Assembly: GCA_965287045.1 (NCBI GenBank)
Contig: OZ336886.1
Location: 28,396,001-28,460,000, forward strand
Source of the DNA: Carcharhinus amblyrhynchos
Lineage: Eukaryota
Reading direction: 5' to 3'
Length of the DNA stretch: 64,000 bases
Part shown: in pieces, positions 59,634-64,000 of the stretch
How the letters are laid out: every line of letters begins with the position of its first letter
Numbering within the stretch: the first letter of the stretch is position 1
Notes under the pieces: model-generated
Told to the model about the DNA's origin: nothing
Seen by the model: the letters and a program-made list of their open reading frames with translations, nothing else
The model's database searches: none
Program-made: the position numbers and the translations under genes

Positions 59634-62600
59634 CATTGAGAATAGGGCCCACTCTGCATTGAGAACAGGGCCCACTCTGCCTTGAGAATAGGGTCCACTC
59701 TGCATTGAGAATAGCGTCCACTCTGCATTGAGAATAGGGTCCACTCTGCATTGAGAACAGGGTCCACTCTGCATTGAGAACAGGGTCCACTCTGCATTGA
59801 GAATAGGGTCCACTCTGCATTGAGAACAGGGTCCACTCTGCATTGAGAATAGGGTCCACTCTGCATTGAGAACAGGGTCCACTCTGCATTGAGAACAGGG
59901 TCCACTCTGCATTGAGAATAGGGTCCACTCTGCATTGAGAATAGGGTCCACTCTGCATTGAGAATAGGGCCCACTCTGCATTGAGAATAGGGTCCACTCT
60001 GCATTGAGAACAGGGTCCACTCTGCATTGAGAATAGCGTCCACTCTGCATTGAGAACAGGGCCCACTCTGCATTGAGAATAGGGCCCACTCTGCATTGAG
60101 AATAGGGTCCACTCTGCATTGAGAACAGGGCCCACTCTGCATTGAGAACAGGGTCCACTCTGCATTGAGAATAGCGTCCACTCTGCATTGAGGATAGGGT
60201 CCACTCTGCATTGAGAATAGAGTCCACTCTGCATTGAGAACAGGGCCCACTCTGCATTGAGAATAGAGTCCACTCTGCATTGAGAATAGGGCCCACTCTG
60301 CATTGAGAATAGGGCCCACTCTGCATTGAGAATAGAGTCCACTCTGCATTGAGAACAGGGCCCACTCTGCATTGAGAATAGAGTCCACTCTGCATTGAGA
60401 ATAGGGCCCACTCTGCATTGAGAATAGAGTCCATTCTGCATTGAGAACAGGGCCCACTCTGCATTGAGAACAGGGTCCACTCTGCATTGAGAACAGGGTC
60501 CACTCTGCATTGAGAATAGGGCCCACTCTGTACTGAGAATAGGGTCCACTCTGCATTGAGAACAGGGCCCACTCTGCATTGAGAATAGGGTCCACTCTGC
60601 ATTGAGAACAGGGCCCACTCTGCATTGAGAATAGAGTCCACTCTGCATTGAGAACAGGGTCCACTCTGCATTGAGAACAGGGTCCACTCTGCATTGAGAA
60701 TAGGGCCCACTCTGTACTGAGAATAGGGTCCACTCCGCATTGAGAACAGGGCCCACTCTGCATTGAGAACAGGGTCCACTCTGCATTGAGAATAGGGTCC
60801 ACTCTGCATTGAGAATAGGGTCCATGCTGCATTGAGAATAGGGCCCACTCTGCATTGAGAATAGGGCCCACTCTGCATTGAGAATAGGGCCCACTCTGCA
60901 TTGAGAATAGGGTCCACTCTGCATTGAGAATAGGGTCCACTCTGCACTGAGAATAGGGTCCACTCTGCATTGAGAATAGGGCCCACTCTGCATTGAGAAT
61001 AGAGTCCACTCTGCATTGAGAACAGGGTCCGCTCTGCATTGAGAATAGGGCCCACTCTGCATTGAGAACAGGGTCCACTCTGCACTGAGAACAGGGTCCA
61101 CTCTGCATTGAGAATAGGGTCCACTCTGCATTGAGAATAGGGCCCACTCTGCATTGAGAATAGGGTCCACTCTGCATTGAGAACAGGGCCCACTCTGCAT
61201 TGAGAATAGAGTCCACTCTGCATTGAGATAGGGTCCATGCTGCATTGAGAATAGGGTCCATGCTGCATTGAGAATAGGGTCCATGCTGCATTGAGAATAG
61301 GGCACACTCTGCATTGAGAACAAGGCCCACTCTGCATTGAGAATAGGGTCCATGCTGCATTGAGAATAGGGCCCACTCTGCATTGAGAATAGGGTCCACT
61401 CTGCATTGAGAATAGGGTCCATGCTGCATTGAGAATAGGGTCCATGCTGCATTGAGAATAGGGTCCACTCTGCATTGAGAATAGGGTCCATGCTTCATTG
61501 AGAATAGGGCCCACTCTGCATTGAGAATAGGGTCCACTCTGCATTGAGAATAGGGTCCACTCTGCATTGAGAATAGGGTCCACTCTGCATTGAGAATAGG
61601 GTCCACTCTGCATTGAGAATAGGGTCCATGCTGCATTGAGAATAGGGCACACTCTGCATTGAGAATAGGGCACACTCTGCATTGAGAACAGGGCCCACTC
61701 TGCATTGAGAATAGGGCACACTCTGCATTGAGAACAGGGCCCACTCTGCATTGAGAATAAGGTCCACTCTGCATTGAGAATAGGGTCCACTCTGCATTGA
61801 GAACAGGGCCCACTCTGCATTGAGAATAGGGTCTACTCTGCATTGAGAATAGGGTCCATGCTGCATTGAGAATAGGGTCCACTCTGCATTGAGAACAGGG
61901 TCCATGCTGCATTGAGAACAGGGCCCACTCTGCATTGAGAATAGGGTCCACTCTGCATTGAGGATAGGGCCCTCTCGGCATTGAGAACAGGGCCCACTCT
62001 GCATTGAGAACAGGGCCCACTCTGCATTGAGAATAGGGCCCACTCTGCATTGAGAATAGGGTCCATGCTGCATTGAGAACAGGGCCCACTCTGCATTGAG
62101 AATAGGGTCCACTCTGCATTGAGAATAGGGTCCACTCTGCATTGAGAATAGGGTCCACTCTGCATTGAGAATAGGGTCCACTCTGCATTGAGAACAGGGT
62201 CCACTCTGCATTGAGAATAGGGCCCTCTCTGCATTGAGAATAGGGTCCACTCTGCATTGAGAATAGGGCCCTCTCTGCATTGAGAACAGGGTCCACTCTG
62301 CATTGAGAACAGGGTCCACTCTGCATTGAGAATAGGGCCCTCTCTGCATTGAGAATAGGGTCCACTCTGCATTGAGAATAGGGCCCTCTCTGCATTGAGA
62401 ATAGGGTCCACTCTGCATTGAGAACAGGGTCCACTCTGCATTGAGAACAGGGCCCACTCTGCATTGAGAATAGGGCCCTCTCTGCATTGAGAATAGGGTC
62501 CACTCTGCATTGAGAATAGGGCCCTCTCTGCATTGAGAATAGGGTCCATGCTGCATTGAGAACAGGGTCCACTCTGCATTGAGAATAGGGCCCTCTCTGC

Positions 62601-64000
62601 ATTGAGAACAGGGTCCACTCTGCATTGAGAATAGGGCCCTCTCTGCATTGAGAATAGGGTCCACTCTGCATTGAGAATAGGGTCCACTCTGCATTGAGAA
62701 CAGGGTCCACTCTGCATTGAGAATAGGGCCCTCTCTGCATTGAGAATAGGGTCCACTCTGCATTGAGAACAGGGTCCACTCTGCATTGAGAACAGGGCCC
62801 ACTCTGCATTGATAATAGGGCCCACTCTGCATTGACAATAGGGTCCACTCTGCATTGAGAACAGGGCCCACTCTGCATTGAGAATAGGGCCCACTCTGCA
62901 TTGAGAATAGAGTCCACTCTGCATTGAGAATAGGGTCCACTTTGCATTGAGAATAGTGTCCACTCTGCATTGAGAATAGGGTCCACTCTGCATTGAGAAC
63001 AGGGCCCACTCTGCATTGAGAACAGGGCCCACTCTGCATTGAGAACAGGGTTCATTCTGCATTGAGAACAGGGTCCACTCTGCATTGAGAATAGGGTCCA
63101 CTCTGCATTGAGAATAGTGTCCACTCTGCATTGAGAATAGGGTCCACTCTGCATTGAGAACAGGGCCCACTCTGCATTGAGAATAGGGCCCTCTCTGCAT
63201 TGAGAATAGTGTCCACTCTGCATTGAGAATAGGGTCCACTCTGCATTGAGAACAGGGCCCACTCTGCATTGAGAATAGGGCCCACTCTGTACTGAGAATA
63301 GGGTCCACTCTGCATTGAGAACAGGGCCCACTCTGCATTGAGAACAGGGTCCACTCTGCATTGAGAACAGGGTCCACTCTGCATTGAGAATAGGGCCCAC
63401 TCTGTACTGAGAATAGGGTCCACTCTGCATTGAGAACAGGGCCCACTCTGCATTGAGAATAGGGTCCACTCTGCATTGAGAACAGGGCCCACTCTGCATT
63501 GAGAATAGAGTCCACTCTGCATTGAGAACAGGGTCCACTCTGCATTGAGAACAGGGTCCACTCTGCATTGAGAATAGGGCCCACTCTGTACTGAGAATAG
63601 GGTCCACTCCGCATTGAGAACAGGGCCCACTCTGCATTGAGAACAGGGTCCACTCTGCATTGAGAATAGGGTCCACTCTGCATTGAGAATAGGGTCCATG
63701 CTGCATTGAGAATAGGGCCCACTCTGCATTGAGAATAGGGCCCACTCTGCATTGAGAATAGGGCCCACTCTGCATTGAGAATAGGGTCCACTCTGCATTG
63801 AGAATAGGGTCCACTCTGCACTGAGAATAGGGTCCACTCTGCATTGAGAATAGGGCCCACTCTGCATTGAGAATAGAGTCCACTCTGCATTGAGAACAGG
63901 GTCCGCTCTGCATTGAGAATAGGGCCCACTCTGCATTGAGAACAGGGTCCACTCTGCACTGAGAACAGGGTCCACTCTGCATTGAGAATAGGGTCCACTC
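59634..64000. repeat. 23-bp minisatellite, consensus CATTGAGAA(T/C)AGGG(T/C)CCACTCTG, about 190 units, running off the window end
   Basis: Direct reading of the sequence. The 23-aa periodicity of the minus-strand ORFs equals three 23-nt units. Confidence 0.99.

Noticed and set aside
59522-63998. 1486-aa and overlapping long ORFs as a real protein gene
   Set aside because: They arise from a 23-nt unit (not a multiple of 3) that lacks stops. All three frames give the same peptide, and there is no unique domain or codon-level constraint.
59634-64000. CRISPR array
   Set aside because: Units are contiguous with no unique spacers, there are no cas genes, and the context is vertebrate.

Overview
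Repeat-dense, non-coding vertebrate DNA, almost certainly from a cartilaginous fish (shark or ray). The inference comes from about 17 V-SINE/HE1-type SINE copies, a SacSINE1-like DeuSINE, and many CR1 LINE fragments. I found no host protein-coding exon, rRNA, tRNA gene or CRISPR array. The ORFs I could interpret are transposon relics, SINE read-throughs or a tandem-repeat artefact. Transposon content: CR1, Rex1/Babar-like and L2-group LINE fragments; four tRNA-derived SINE types; three decayed PIF/Harbinger elements (a HARBI1-type transposase piece and spliced Myb/SANT gene relics); many GG(G)-ended MITEs with 3-bp TSDs; a Gypsy gag relic; a pogo transposase relic; and Penelope-type termini with minimal hammerhead-ribozyme motifs. 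The last 4.4 kb is a 23-bp minisatellite with higher-order structure. The best candidates for something undescribed are (1) a full-length, remodelled U2-snRNA-derived element at 58.8-59.0 kb, (2) hammerhead-bearing mini-elements at 19.5, 38.1 and 56.5/57.9 kb, and (3) a 1.56-kb fold-back duplication at 56.5-58.0 kb. Family assignments come from recognising sequence by eye, not from database searches. Boundaries are approximate unless a TSD is quoted.
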